Assembly: GCA_021796545.1 (NCBI GenBank)
Contig: JAKABX010000001.1
Span: 3,977-67,976 of the forward strand
Length of the DNA: 64,000 bases
Origin: Actinomycetes bacterium
Lineage (GTDB): Bacteria; Actinomycetota; Acidimicrobiia; Acidimicrobiales; Bog-793
Direction: 5' to 3'
Within the stretch, counting starts at the first letter, position 1; the number at the start of each line of letters is the position of its first letter. The translations under genes and the position numbers were made by a program. Positions 54,642-64,000 of this stretch are shown in pieces. The notes beneath the pieces were generated by a model that saw only the letters and a list, made by a program, of their open reading frames with translations, made no database searches and was not told the DNA's origin.

Positions 54642-57302
54642 ATGACCGAGCCGATCGAGCGTCCCACGGCGGGCGGGGACGACAGCGAGCACCGCCTGCC
54701 GAAGAATGTCTCCCCGGCCCGCTACGACCTGCACCTCGTGCCCGATCTCGAGGCGGCGACCTTCACCGGCACCGTGACCATCGAGGTCGAGGTGCGCGAG
54801 CGCACCGATCGCATTGTGTGCAACGCCGCTGAGCTCGAGGTCGCAGACGCGCGCGTTGCGCCGGGCTGGCGTTCGGGAGGCGACCCTTCGTCCCGGGGGT
54901 CCGCGTGCGCCGTCGAGATCGACGCGACGCGCGAGCGCGTCTGGTTCCACGCGGAGGGCCCGCTTCAGCCGGGTCGCTACAGCCTTTCGTGCGCGTTCAG
55001 CGGGGTCCTCAACGACAAGCTGCGCGGCTTCTACCGCAGCACCTTCACCGCAGACGACGGCACGACCCAGGTCATCGCGACGACCCAGTTCGAGGAGACC
55101 TCCGCCCGGCGCGCGTTCCCCTGCTTCGACGAACCGGACGCCAAGGCGGTCTTCGCCGTCACCCTCGATGCCCCCGCTGGCTGCCTCGCTCTGTCCAACG
55201 GCCCCGAGGTCGGCCGCGAGAGGCTCTCGGACGGTTCGACACGCTTCCGTTTCGGGGCCACGATCCCGATGTCGACCTACCTCGTCGCCTTCGTCGTCGG
55301 CCCGCTCGAGGTCACGTCCCCCCGGGACGTCGGCGGGGTACCGGTCCGTGTCGCCCACGTTCCGGGCCGAGGCGGCCTCACCGGCGCAGCGCTCGACGCG
55401 GCAGAGCACGCGCTCGGCTTCTTCGCCTCCTACTTCGGTCTCGCCTACCCCGCGGACAAGCTCGACCTGGTCGCGATCCCGGACTTCGCCGCGGGTGCGA
55501 TGGAGAACCTCGGCTGCGTGACCTTCCGCGAGGCGATCGTGCTCTCCGACCCGAACGACACGACCCATGCCGAGCGCGAACGCCTCGTGGAGGTTGTCGA
55601 CCACGAGCTCGCCCACATGTGGTTCGGCGATCTCGTCACGATGCGGTGGTGGAACGGCATCTGGTTGAACGAGGCGTTCGCCACGTTCATGGCACTCCTC
55701 TGCCAGAACGACTACCAACCCGAGCAGCGCGTGTTCACGAGCTTCGCGCGCAGCCGCGCCGCGGCCTTCGGGACCGACTCGCTCCACTCGACACGCCCGA
55801 TCGAGTACCCCGTGCACGCACCCGACGACGCCGCGGCGATGTTCGACGTGCTGACCTACGAGAAGGGCGCGAGCGTGCTGTGGATGCTCGAGAGCTTCCT
55901 CGGGCCCGAACGCTTCCGCGCGGGGGTGCGCGCCTATCTCGCGGCACACCGCTTCGGCAACACCGAGACGACCGACCTCTTCGACGCCCTCGGCGAGGAG
56001 GCCCCCGACATCCCGGTGCGCGAGACCATGGACTCCTGGATCTTCCAGGGCGGCTACCCGCTCGTGCGCGCCGCGCGCGTCGAGGGGGCGGGCGGCCCGG
56101 CGGTCGAGCTCACCCAGACCCCCTTCTCCTATTTGCCGGAGAAGGAGGCCGCCGAGCTCGGCGTGCTCCCCGAGGACGGCTCGGCGATCGGGCGGTCCTG
56201 GCTCATCCCCATGCTCGTCGCACCGGTCGGTGCCGGAGACAAGCAGGTGAGCCGCGTCCTGCTCGGCCACGAGCCGCAGCGCCTCGAGCTCAGCGGCCCG
56301 GTGGTGCTCAACGCGGGCGGTACCGGCTTCTACCGTCTCTCCTACGAAAGCGAGCTCCTCCAGGACCTCCTCGGGCACCTCTACGAGCTGAGCCCGCTCG
56401 AGCGCTTCAGCCTCCTTGGCGACACCTGGGCGGCCGCGCTGGCCAGCCAGGCGCCGCTGCGCGACACGCTCGGGATCCTCGATCGTCTCCGGGACGAGCG
56501 TGACCCCCACGTCTGGTCGCTCGCGTCGAGGATCCTGTGGCTCCTTGATCTCGTTGCCCCCGAGGAGCAGCGCCCGGCGCTGCACCGCTACGGGCGCGAC
56601 ATCGCCCAGGAGGCGTTCGCACGGATCGGCTGGCAGCCGCGCGCCGACGAGGGCGCGCTGGACGCCCTGCTGCGCCCGACCCTGGTCTCCCTGCTCGGCC
56701 GCGTGCTTCGCGACCCGGAGGTGATCGCGCGCGCCCACGAGCTGTTCGCACACGACCACGGAGGTGGGGCGGTCGTCGACCCGAACGTCGCGAGCGCGGT
56801 CGTCGGCGTGGTCGTCTCCGACGCGAGCCGCGCGGAGCTCGACGCGGTCATCGCCCGCTGCCGCCACCCCCGCGACCCGATGGACCAGGTCCGCCACATC
56901 TACGCGCTGGCATCGCTGCGCGACCCGGCCTTCATCGAAGAGATTCTCGGTCTGTGCATGAGCGAGATCCGCTCGCAGAACGCCCCGGTGCTGCTCGGCG
57001 CGATGCTGACCGAGCGGGAGAGCGGACCGCTCGCCTTCGATCACGTCCGGTCGCACTTCACCGAGATGGGCACGCGCTTCCCCGACAACCTCGTCGAGCG
57101 CATGCTCGGGGGCATCTCCGGCCTCGCGCAGGTGAACGCGGCCGGTGAGCCCGTCCACCTCGCGGAGGTCCTGGCCTTCGTCCGCAACGCGGTGCACGGT
57201 GCGCGACGCCGCCACGTCAACCAGGCGCTCGAGCGGCTCGCCGTGAACCTGCGGCTCGCCCGCTCGCTGCGCGCCGAGGCGCTGCCCCTGCCGGAGCGGT
57301 AG
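54642..57302 (+). CDS. pepN: aminopeptidase N (M1 family)
   Basis: ATG 54642. GAMENLGCVTF (GAMEN) and HELAHMWFGDLVTMRWWNGIWLNEAFA (HExxH-x18-E). 886 aa. The upstream 421 codons of the track ORF are antisense to the BMP gene. Confidence 0.93.
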   Translation: MTEPIERPTAGGDDSEHRLPKNVSPARYDLHLVPDLEAATFTGTVTIEVEVRERTDRIVCNAAELEVADARVAPGWRSGGDPSSRGSACAVEIDATRERVWFHAEGPLQPGRYSLSCAFSGVLNDKLRGFYRSTFTADDGTTQVIATTQFEETSARRAFPCFDEPDAKAVFAVTLDAPAGCLALSNGPEVGRERLSDGSTRFRFGATIPMSTYLVAFVVGPLEVTSPRDVGGVPVRVAHVPGRGGLTGAALDAAEHALGFFASYFGLAYPADKLDLVAIPDFAAGAMENLGCVTFREAIVLSDPNDTTHAERERLVEVVDHELAHMWFGDLVTMRWWNGIWLNEAFATFMALLCQNDYQPEQRVFTSFARSRAAAFGTDSLHSTRPIEYPVHAPDDAAAMFDVLTYEKGASVLWMLESFLGPERFRAGVRAYLAAHRFGNTETTDLFDALGEEAPDIPVRETMDSWIFQGGYPLVRAARVEGAGGPAVELTQTPFSYLPEKEAAELGVLPEDGSAIGRSWLIPMLVAPVGAGDKQVSRVLLGHEPQRLELSGPVVLNAGGTGFYRLSYESELLQDLLGHLYELSPLERFSLLGDTWAAALASQAPLRDTLGILDRLRDERDPHVWSLASRILWLLDLVAPEEQRPALHRYGRDIAQEAFARIGWQPRADEGALDALLRPTLVSLLGRVLRDPEVIARAHELFAHDHGGGAVVDPNVASAVVGVVVSDASRAELDAVIARCRHPRDPMDQVRHIYALASLRDPAFIEEILGLCMSEIRSQNAPVLLGAMLTERESGPLAFDHVRSHFTEMGTRFPDNLVERMLGGISGLAQVNAAGEPVHLAEVLAFVRNAVHGARRRHVNQALERLAVNLRLARSLRAEALPLPER

Positions 57303-57309
57303 AGCGTCG

Positions 57310-57900
57310 GTGAATTTCGCGCTCGCGGCGACGACCTTCGCGGTCATCATCCCCGCGGAGCTGCCCGACAAGACCTTCATCGCCGCGGTGGTGATGAGCG
57401 CGCGCAACCGCCCGCTGCCGGTGTGGATCGGCGCCGCGGCGGGCCTCATCGTCCAGGCCCTCGTCGGCGTCGTGGCCGGGCGCCTGCTCGCGCTGCTCCC
57501 CCACCGGTCGGTCGAGGGCATCGTCGCGGCGCTCTTCCTCCTCGGTGGCGGCTACCTGCTCCTCACCCGTGAGCGCGCCGTGGTGCGCGCCGGCGAGGGC
57601 CTCGCCGAGGCCGTGGGGGCCGCCGCCTCGGCGCGAGTCGCTCTGCGCGCCTTCGGGCTCATCGCGTTCGCCGAGTTCGGTGACCTGACCCAGGTCGTCA
57701 TCGCCAACCTGACGGCGCGCAGCGGGGACCCCCTCAGCGTCTTGGTCGGGGCGGCGCTCGCGTTCGTCCTCCTCAGCGCCGTCGCCGTTCTTGCCGGGCG
57801 GACGCTCGTGCGCCACGTCTCCCTCGCCCTCGTCCGCAGGATCTCGGGCGTCGTGCTGGTCGGCCTGGGGGTCTGGAGTCTCGTCGGGGCGCTGGGATGA
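57310..57900 (+). CDS. UPF0016 (GDT1/TMEM165/MneA-like) cation transporter
   Basis: 196 aa with the two family repeats AELPDKTF and EFGDLTQ. Confidence 0.8.
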   Translation: MNFALAATTFAVIIPAELPDKTFIAAVVMSARNRPLPVWIGAAAGLIVQALVGVVAGRLLALLPHRSVEGIVAALFLLGGGYLLLTRERAVVRAGEGLAEAVGAAASARVALRAFGLIAFAEFGDLTQVVIANLTARSGDPLSVLVGAALAFVLLSAVAVLAGRTLVRHVSLALVRRISGVVLVGLGVWSLVGALG

Positions 57901-58577
57901 GCGTGGTCCCGGCGCCGGGAGCGCGCGCGGCCGGCCTCCTCGCCCGGGCGCGGGCGACCGCCGGCTTCCTCGATACCGGGGAGGGCGAGCGCCTCTATGC
58001 GCTCGCCGCAGAGGTCGGCACCGCGCAGCAGGGTGCGCTCGTCGAGATCGGCAGCTACCGCGGCCGCTCGACACTGTTCCTCGCAGCCGGCGTCGCACAG
58101 GCCCGCGACGCCGGCGCGGGGTCGGCCGTGCTGCTGAGCGTCGACCACCACCGGGGGTCCGAAGAGATGCAGGCGGGCTGGGAGCACCACGACCCGAGCC
58201 TTGTCGACCCGGTGACGGGGAAGATGGACTCGCTGCCGGCTCTCCGGGCGAACCTCGCGGCCGCCGGGGCCGAGGATCTCGTCGTCGTCGTGGTCGGCGA
58301 CTCACCCGTCGTCGCGAGACACCTCGTCGGGACCGCCGGGCTCGTCTTCGTGGACGGGGGGCACGCTGCGGAGGTCGCCGAGGTCGACTACCACGCCTGG
58401 GCGCCCAAGGTCGCAGCGGGAGGGCTCCTGTGCTTCCACGACGTCTTCGCCGACCCCGCGGACGGCGGGCAGGCGCCCTACGCGTGCTACCGCGACGCTC
58501 TGGCGTCAGGGCGCTTTGTCGAGCGGGGCGCCGATCGCATCGGGAGCCTGCGGGTCCTCGAGCGCCGCGTCCGATAA
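57897..58577 (+). CDS. class I SAM-dependent methyltransferase (Methyltransf_24/CmcI-like)
   Basis: ATGA overlap with the UPF0016 gene. LVEIGSYRGRSTLFLA and VFVDGGHAAEV. Confidence 0.7.
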   Translation: MSVVPAPGARAAGLLARARATAGFLDTGEGERLYALAAEVGTAQQGALVEIGSYRGRSTLFLAAGVAQARDAGAGSAVLLSVDHHRGSEEMQAGWEHHDPSLVDPVTGKMDSLPALRANLAAAGAEDLVVVVVGDSPVVARHLVGTAGLVFVDGGHAAEVAEVDYHAWAPKVAAGGLLCFHDVFADPADGGQAPYACYRDALASGRFVERGADRIGSLRVLERRVR

Positions 58578-58581
58578 GGGC

Positions 58582-59610
58582 TCAGCGTCTCCCCGGGGCA
58601 AAGACCGCGGCAGCCGGCCCGCCCGCGAGGGCGTCCGCGGCGAGCAGGACCGCGGCCGCCGTGTAGGTCGTGCGCTCGCCCGTCGGGAACGACGAGAGCT
58701 CGGGATAGACGAGACCGGTGAGGTAGGAGCCGTCGTCCTGGCGCGCGGCGCGCGTGGCGACGAGCAGGGCGTCGGCCTTCCTCCTCAGGCCGGCGCGCAG
58801 GCACGCGAGCGCGCACTCGGCCGTCTCGGCGGCGGTCACCCAGCGACGGTCGTCCCGGCAGAGGACGCCCTGCCCCGGCCGGACGAAGCGCTCCCAGCCC
58901 GCCGCGAGGCGGTGGCGCGCGGCGGCACCCCCGAGGACGCCGGCGAGGACGGGGTAGTACCAGTCCATCGCATAGTGGTCCTTCGCCGAGAATGCCGCGC
59001 GCCGCCAGGTGAGCGCGAGCGCGAGGCGCGAGGCGGCGTCGGTGACAAACGCGGGCAGCCAGAGGTCGAGCGCCATGGCCAGATCCTCGGCCGCGCGCAG
59101 GCTCGCGTGGATCGACGAGCAGGCGGCGATGAGCGCGAGGTCACCCCGCGAACCGCTTGGGGCGTCCGACCAGCAGATCGCGCCGCTCGGTCGCTGCTGG
59201 GCGCAGACAAATCCGAGGGCCCGCACCGCAGCGGGCCAGTAGCGGCGCACGAGCGCCGCGTCGCCGGACACGTGCCACAGCTGCGCGAGCGCGAAGGACA
59301 GGTAGGCGCTGCCGTTGGTGTCGCGGCGCCTATCGACGACGCTGCCGTCGGGGCCGTAGCCGGCCGCGAAGGCGCCGCCGGGCTCCTGGTGCGCGACGAG
59401 CGCGGCGACGGCGCGCTCGGCGGCGTCGGGCGCGCCCGAGACCGCGAGCGCCATCGCGGCCTCGAGGTGGTTCCAGGGGTCGGCGTGCTGCCCGTCGGCG
59501 TGGGGGATCAAGCCCGAGGCCGTCTGGGCGGCGAGGATCGTCGCCGCGGTCTGCGCTCGCTCGGCGGCCGAGAGCGGCGCGCCGAACGACGCTGCGGGCG
59601 CGCCGGTCAC
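58582..59610 (-). CDS. prenyltransferase/squalene-oxidase-repeat-like (alpha/alpha toroid) protein
   Basis: GTG 59610 (GTGA overlap with the upstream methyltransferase stop). 342 aa with repeated aromatic/Gly helical-hairpin segments (QEPGGAFAAGYGPDG, QQRPSGAICW, RQDDGSYLTG), like terpenoid-cyclase/prenyltransferase repeats. Confidence 0.6.
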   Translation of the reverse strand: MTGAPAASFGAPLSAAERAQTAATILAAQTASGLIPHADGQHADPWNHLEAAMALAVSGAPDAAERAVAALVAHQEPGGAFAAGYGPDGSVVDRRRDTNGSAYLSFALAQLWHVSGDAALVRRYWPAAVRALGFVCAQQRPSGAICWSDAPSGSRGDLALIAACSSIHASLRAAEDLAMALDLWLPAFVTDAASRLALALTWRRAAFSAKDHYAMDWYYPVLAGVLGGAAARHRLAAGWERFVRPGQGVLCRDDRRWVTAAETAECALACLRAGLRRKADALLVATRAARQDDGSYLTGLVYPELSSFPTGERTTYTAAAVLLAADALAGGPAAAVFAPGRR

Positions 59611-60326
59611 GGCGCCGCCAGGCGCCGGCAGTAGAGGACGAGGCTCTTGCCGAGGATCGGATCGAGGCCGCGCTCGACGCGGCGCAGCCAGCGGGGACGG
59701 TGCACGATGTCGTGGACGAGGAGACGGTGGTAGGCCGCGACCGCACGCTGGTCGTCGCGGGCGACGCCGACCAGGCAGCGCAGCCACCAGTAGGGGGTGT
59801 GCAGCGCATGCGCGTGGTGGGCGGCGCTGATGCAAAACCCCGCGCGCTCGAGGCGCGCGCGAAGCTGGCCGCGGCGGTAGATGCGGACATGGCCGCCCGG
59901 AGCGCCGTGGTACTGCGCCGAGAGCAGCCAGTTGACCGCCTCGGGCCAGGCGCGCGGCACGCTCAGAGCGAGGACCCCGCCGGGCCGAAGGACGCGTGCG
60001 AGCTCGGCCAGCGCGCGGCCGTCCTCGGGGACGTGCTCGAGGACCTCTGATGCGACGACGTGGGTGAAGCTCCCGCTCGTGAAGGGCAGGGTGCACGCGT
60101 CGGCGCCCAGCGCCCCCCAGCGGACGGCGCCATCGATCTCCCCGGCCGCCGCCATCGCAGCGAGCATCGTCCGCACCTCCCCGAGCTCGCCCGGACTCGT
60201 GTCGAGAGCCACGACCTCGGCGCCAGCGCGCGCGCAGGCGAAGGCGTGCCGCCCACCGCCGCAGCCCACGTCGAGGACGCGGGCACCCGGTCCGATTCCG
60301 GCGCGGGTGAGATCGACCGTCAGCAC
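59607..60326 (-). CDS. class I SAM-dependent methyltransferase (Methyltransf_11-like)
   Basis: GTG 60326. VLDVGCGGGRHAFACARAGAEVVALDTS and LRPGGVLALSVP. 7-nt overlap with the GT4 stop. Confidence 0.8.
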   Translation of the reverse strand: MLTVDLTRAGIGPGARVLDVGCGGGRHAFACARAGAEVVALDTSPGELGEVRTMLAAMAAAGEIDGAVRWGALGADACTLPFTSGSFTHVVASEVLEHVPEDGRALAELARVLRPGGVLALSVPRAWPEAVNWLLSAQYHGAPGGHVRIYRRGQLRARLERAGFCISAAHHAHALHTPYWWLRCLVGVARDDQRAVAAYHRLLVHDIVHRPRWLRRVERGLDPILGKSLVLYCRRLAAP

Positions 60327-61654
60327 CGCGCGACCCGTCCGGGGTGCTCGGCGAGCACCTCCCTGTAGACCTCGAGCGTCCCGGTCGCCGTCGCCGTCCA
60401 GCTGAAGCGCTCGCAGACCCGGCGCCGACCAGCTGCACCGAGACGCGCCCCGAATGCGGGGTCATCGAGGACCCGCCCGATCGCGTGCGCGAGCGCGCCG
60501 GGGTCGCCCGGGGGCACGAGGAGCGCGTGCTCGCCGTCGTTGCCCGCGACCTCGGGAAGCGCGCCCCCCGTCGTCGCGACGAGCGGTGTCCCGCACGCGA
60601 GCGCCTCGGCGGCGGGAAGGGAGAACCCCTCGTACAGCGAGGGCACGACCGCGCAGGCGGCCTCGGCGTAGCGGCGCGCGATCTGCTCGTCGCTCTCGCC
60701 GCCGACGAAGGTGACGACACCTTGGAGGCCGAAGCGCTCCAGCGCGACGCGCACCGGCGAGTCGGCCCGCAGGCGCCCGACGACGACGAGGTGGGCCTCG
60801 GGCCTCTCCGTCCTCAGCTTCGCGAGCGCCTCCAGGAGGACGGCGAGACCCTTCAGCGGGACGTCGGCGCTCGCAGTGGTCATCAGGCGACCCGGCACGC
60901 GCGCAACCCCGGGGTCGGGACGGTAGAGCGAGGCGTCGACGCCCGCGGGGACGACGCGCACCCGCTCCTCGGGGACGCCGAGCCCCCGGACGAGGTCGTC
61001 GCGCGAGGAGTCCGAGACGGTGATGAGCCGGGCGAGACGGCGCGCGACACGGTCCTGCATCGCGGCAAAGCCGTACCAGCGCCGAAGCGACAGGCGGCGC
61101 GCGCCGCTGTGGGCGTGGGCGAGGTCGACCGCGCGGTCGACGCTCACCGGGTGGTGGATCGAGGCGACGAGCGGCCAGCCGTCCGCGAGCATCCCGAGCA
61201 GGCCGGTGCCAAGACACTGGTCGTCATGGACGATGTCGAAGTCGCCGCGCCGGCCCTGCAGAGCCCCCCGCGCGCGCAGCGAGAAGGTCCGCGGCTCGGG
61301 GAAGCCGCCGGTCCACATCGTCGCGAGCTCGAGCAGATCGACCGCCGAGGTGAGCTCGCGCGGGTGGGGTGTGCGGAACGGGGTCGGCTCGCGGTAAAGG
61401 TCGAGGCTCGGCAGGCGCACGAGCTCGGCGCCACCGTCGAGGACCGGGTAGGGCTGGCCCGAGAAGACGGTGACGCGCTGACCGAGCCCGGTGAGCTCAC
61501 GGGCGAGATGCCGGACGTAGACCCCCTGGCCACCGCAGTGCGGGTTGCCCCGGTAGCAGAGCAGAGCGATCCGCAGGCCATCTCCCCCACGCGACGCGCG
61601 CCCGGATGCGAAGGGGCCGCCCGCCATGGCGCTACAGCCTCGCCGCTCGTGCAC
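60320..61654 (-). CDS. GT4-family glycosyltransferase
   Basis: LRIALLCYRGNPHCGGQGVYVRHLAREL and EGFSLPAAEALACGTPLVAT. The start is 61654 or Met 61627. Confidence 0.82.
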   Translation of the reverse strand: MHERRGCSAMAGGPFASGRASRGGDGLRIALLCYRGNPHCGGQGVYVRHLARELTGLGQRVTVFSGQPYPVLDGGAELVRLPSLDLYREPTPFRTPHPRELTSAVDLLELATMWTGGFPEPRTFSLRARGALQGRRGDFDIVHDDQCLGTGLLGMLADGWPLVASIHHPVSVDRAVDLAHAHSGARRLSLRRWYGFAAMQDRVARRLARLITVSDSSRDDLVRGLGVPEERVRVVPAGVDASLYRPDPGVARVPGRLMTTASADVPLKGLAVLLEALAKLRTERPEAHLVVVGRLRADSPVRVALERFGLQGVVTFVGGESDEQIARRYAEAACAVVPSLYEGFSLPAAEALACGTPLVATTGGALPEVAGNDGEHALLVPPGDPGALAHAIGRVLDDPAFGARLGAAGRRRVCERFSWTATATGTLEVYREVLAEHPGRVARC

Positions 61655-61686
61655 CGGCGCCGCAACCGGTGGGCAGGCCCCGTCGC

Positions 61687-62073
61687 TCAGTACTCGGTCA
61701 TCCCCCGAACCTCCTGCTGCCAGCGCTCGAACTCGGGCGACATCGTGATCGGGAGCAGCGACATGAGCTTCACGGCATCCCCCTCGACCCGGATGCGGCC
61801 CTGCAGGAACGCCGCGTTGGTGTCGAGCTCACCTTGCTGGATCGCGACGGCGTCCTCGTAGGACTGGGTGAGGGTGACCTCGGCATCGGCAAGGATGCCG
61901 AGGCGGTTCTCCTTCAGGTGCCCGTCCTCGACGATCCAGTAGTAGTGGACGTCGCCGTCTGGACCGCCCTCGACGACGTACTGCAGCCGCGCGCTCGCGC
62001 CGGGCCGTTCGGGCTGATCCGCCGACAGCCGGGTGCTCTCGTCCAGCCACTCCTGGGTCAAGAACCTTGTCAT
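61687..62073 (-). CDS. SCP2 (sterol-carrier-protein-2-like) domain protein
   Basis: 128 aa. FLTQEWLDE...AEVTLTQSYEDAVAIQQGELDTNAAFLQGRIRVEGDAVKLMSL is typical of actinobacterial SCP2 domains. Confidence 0.75.
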   Translation of the reverse strand: MTRFLTQEWLDESTRLSADQPERPGASARLQYVVEGGPDGDVHYYWIVEDGHLKENRLGILADAEVTLTQSYEDAVAIQQGELDTNAAFLQGRIRVEGDAVKLMSLLPITMSPEFERWQQEVRGMTEY

Positions 62074-62139
62074 CGCTCTCCTCCCCTCGCGCGCACGCGC
62101 GCCTCTTCCCGCGCCCTCATGGCACCTCGGAGCCCCGCC

Positions 62140-63030
62140 TCAGGCCGCCGAGCCGCCGAGCGCGCTTTCCCCGACCCCCGCGAAAAGGTCATCCTCGGGC
62201 GGCATCACCGCGACGCGGCTGCGCGCGAGAAGGTAGGGGTCGAACACGTGCAGCTCGCGCTCGACCTCGGGGGGCAGCCCGAACCAGTGCGGCGAGTGCG
62301 GGTCAATCTGTGTGGCGTGCGCGAGCAGGCCGGCACGGCGCGCGTCGGAGAAGCCGCTCACGTCGACCCGGGTCGTGACCTCGGGAACCGGAGCGCGCTC
62401 CAGCCACCCCTCCTCGATGCGCTTGGTGTAGGGCGACTCGAGGCCGAGCTCGAGAAACTTCTCGTGGCGGGCGATCATGTGCTCGACCGGCCAGAGGCTG
62501 TAGTAGAGCTTGTCCGGCGCGAAGGGTGCCCCGACCTCGGGGAACGCGGACGGGTCGCCGGCGGCCTCGAAGGCCGCGACCGAGATCGCGTGCGTCTTTA
62601 GGTGATCGGGGTGCGGATATCCGCTCTGGTCCTCGGGGTAGGTGACGACGACCTGCGGCCGTTCGCGGCGGATCACCCCGACGAGGCGTGCGACCGCCTC
62701 CTCGGGGGGCGCCGCGTTGAACGAGCGCGGATCGCTGTTGGCGGGGCTCTCGGGCATGCCCGAGTCCCGGTAGCCGAGAAGGACGACCGCGTCGTAACCG
62801 ATCGCCCTGGCCGCCGCCATCAGCTCGCGGCGGCGGACCGCCGCGAGGTCCCGGCGCACCTCGGGCAGGTCCATCGCGGGATTGAGAATGTCCCCCTCCT
62901 CACCGCCGGTGCAGGTGACGAGGACGGTCCGCACACCGGCCGCGTGGTAGCGCGCGACGGTCGCGGCGCCCTTGGAGGCCTCGTCATCGGGGTGCGCGTG
63001 CACGCAGAGCAGGCAGAGTCCGTCAGCCAT
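62140..63030 (-). CDS. mca: mycothiol S-conjugate amidase
   Basis: ATG 63030 gives MADGLCLLCVHAHPDDEASKGAATVARY...VTCTGGEEGDILNP...GYPHPDH...HATQIDP. Close to Mtb Mca (Rv1082) as I recall it. MshB is the less likely alternative. Confidence 0.82.
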   Translation of the reverse strand: MADGLCLLCVHAHPDDEASKGAATVARYHAAGVRTVLVTCTGGEEGDILNPAMDLPEVRRDLAAVRRRELMAAARAIGYDAVVLLGYRDSGMPESPANSDPRSFNAAPPEEAVARLVGVIRRERPQVVVTYPEDQSGYPHPDHLKTHAISVAAFEAAGDPSAFPEVGAPFAPDKLYYSLWPVEHMIARHEKFLELGLESPYTKRIEEGWLERAPVPEVTTRVDVSGFSDARRAGLLAHATQIDPHSPHWFGLPPEVERELHVFDPYLLARSRVAVMPPEDDLFAGVGESALGGSAA

Positions 63031-63265
63031 GCCCGCGAAGCTACCGGAGCGCGCCGCCCGAGCGGCACGGGCGGCGCGCTCCGGTGGCCCACAGCCGGCT
63101 ACCAGCCTGAGCTGGGACGCTCGCGGGTACGACGGCCAACGGCCGCGGGCGGGACGGAGCGACCGGGGCATATGCTCCATGGCAGGGCGTTCGCTCCCGC
63201 AACGCCGGAGACCCCGGCGCCCGGGTGGGACGCGAGCAGTTGCACAACATCGCCGAGGAGCGCAG

Positions 63266-64000
63266 ATGAGCGTGATGAAGCGCCTGTCGGGCATCGTCCA
63301 GGCCAAGGCGAACAAGGTCCTCGATCGCGTCGAGGACCCCCGCGAGACGCTGGACCTGTCCTACGAGAAGCAGCTCGAGCAGCTCCAGCAGGTCCGCAAG
63401 GGCGTCGCCGACATCGCGACGGCGCGCAAGCGGATCGAGCTCCAGGCGCGTCAGCTTCAGCAGAGCGCCGACAAGCTGCAGGGCCAGGCGACGATGGCCC
63501 TCCAGCAGAACCGCGAGGACCTCGCCCGCGAGGCCCTCTCGCGCCGCGCGGGCATCGCGACCCAGCTCGAGCAGCTGAAGGTCCAGCACGACCAGCTCGT
63601 CTCCCAGGAGGAGCGGATGGTCGCGACGACCCAGCAGCTCGAGGCGCGCGTCACCTCCTTCCGCACCCAGAAGGAGACGCTCAAGGCCTCCTACACCGCG
63701 GCCGCGGCCCAGACCCGCATCGGCGAGGCGGTGTCGGGCATCTCGGAGTCGATGAGCGACACCGGCCTCGCCCTCGAGCGAGCCCAGGACAAGGTCGCCC
63801 AGATGCAGGCGCGCGCGAGCGCGATGGACGAGCTGCTCTCCTCCGGTGCGCTGACCGACCTCACCGGATCGACCGACCCGCTCCAAGCCGAGCTCGAGCG
63901 CGGCAGCCAGCAGGGCCAGGTGGAACTCGAGCTCGCCCGCCTGAAGGGCCAGCTCGGCACCGCACCGGCGCCGGGCGCACTGGGTGCCGGGGCGCCGGCC
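63266..64000 (+). CDS. pspA: PspA/IM30 family protein (3' end beyond the window)
   Basis: Own translation from ATG 63266 (SD gaggag) gives MSVMKRLSGIVQAKANKVLDRVEDPRETLDLSYEKQLEQLQQVRKGVADIATARKRIELQ..., a continuous coiled coil. No stop by 64000, hence absent from the ORF track. Confidence 0.88.
   Translation, partial: MSVMKRLSGIVQAKANKVLDRVEDPRETLDLSYEKQLEQLQQVRKGVADIATARKRIELQARQLQQSADKLQGQATMALQQNREDLAREALSRRAGIATQLEQLKVQHDQLVSQEERMVATTQQLEARVTSFRTQKETLKASYTAAAAQTRIGEAVSGISESMSDTGLALERAQDKVAQMQARASAMDELLSSGALTDLTGSTDPLQAELERGSQQGQVELELARLKGQLGTAPAPGALGAGAPA

Overview
High-GC (~72%) chromosomal segment, almost certainly from a mycothiol-producing member of the Actinomycetota: mshA and mca are both present, along with Ni-SOD sodN/sodX and the actinobacterial mini ribosomal proteins bS22 and bL37. 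Gene order resembles the M. tuberculosis Rv0486-Rv0511, Rv1003-Rv1011 and Rv3307-Rv3315c neighbourhoods. Packing is dense, with at least 15 ATGA/GTGA/TTGA start-stop overlaps.

Content, left to right:
- rex-hemA-hemC-cobA/hemD, proC, mshA, sodX/sodN, ndh.
- A DUF192-rsmI-metG-tatD-rsmA-ispE operon, tRNA-Gln and ychF.
- A split nucleoside salvage/catabolism supercluster: adenosine-kinase-like PfkB, deoC, two ALDH genes, upp, then psuG, phosphosugar mutase, punA, add, deoA, cdd, a second PfkB kinase and a BMP-type ABC transporter.
- A GlcNAc/MurNAc locus with a DasR/NagR-like GntR regulator and three dre-like palindromes.
- pepN, a GT4/methyltransferase/prenyltransferase-like cluster, mca and pspA.

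Non-routine items:
- An IS630-family element with a TA duplication sits exactly on the upp stop codon and carries an extra ORF.
- Two ~1 kb stretches (23.5-24.9 kb and 32.1-33.1 kb) have codon-phase signals that do not resolve into clean genes.
- A catalytically truncated ALDH paralog is coupled to a full-length ALDH.
- A single-polypeptide MalF-MalG permease fusion.
- A perfect in-frame tandem-repeat array.

No rRNA, CRISPR array or recognisable defence system was seen. Many long ORF-track entries are antisense or off-frame artefacts of the GC content. All family calls rest on motif recognition by eye; no database search was run.
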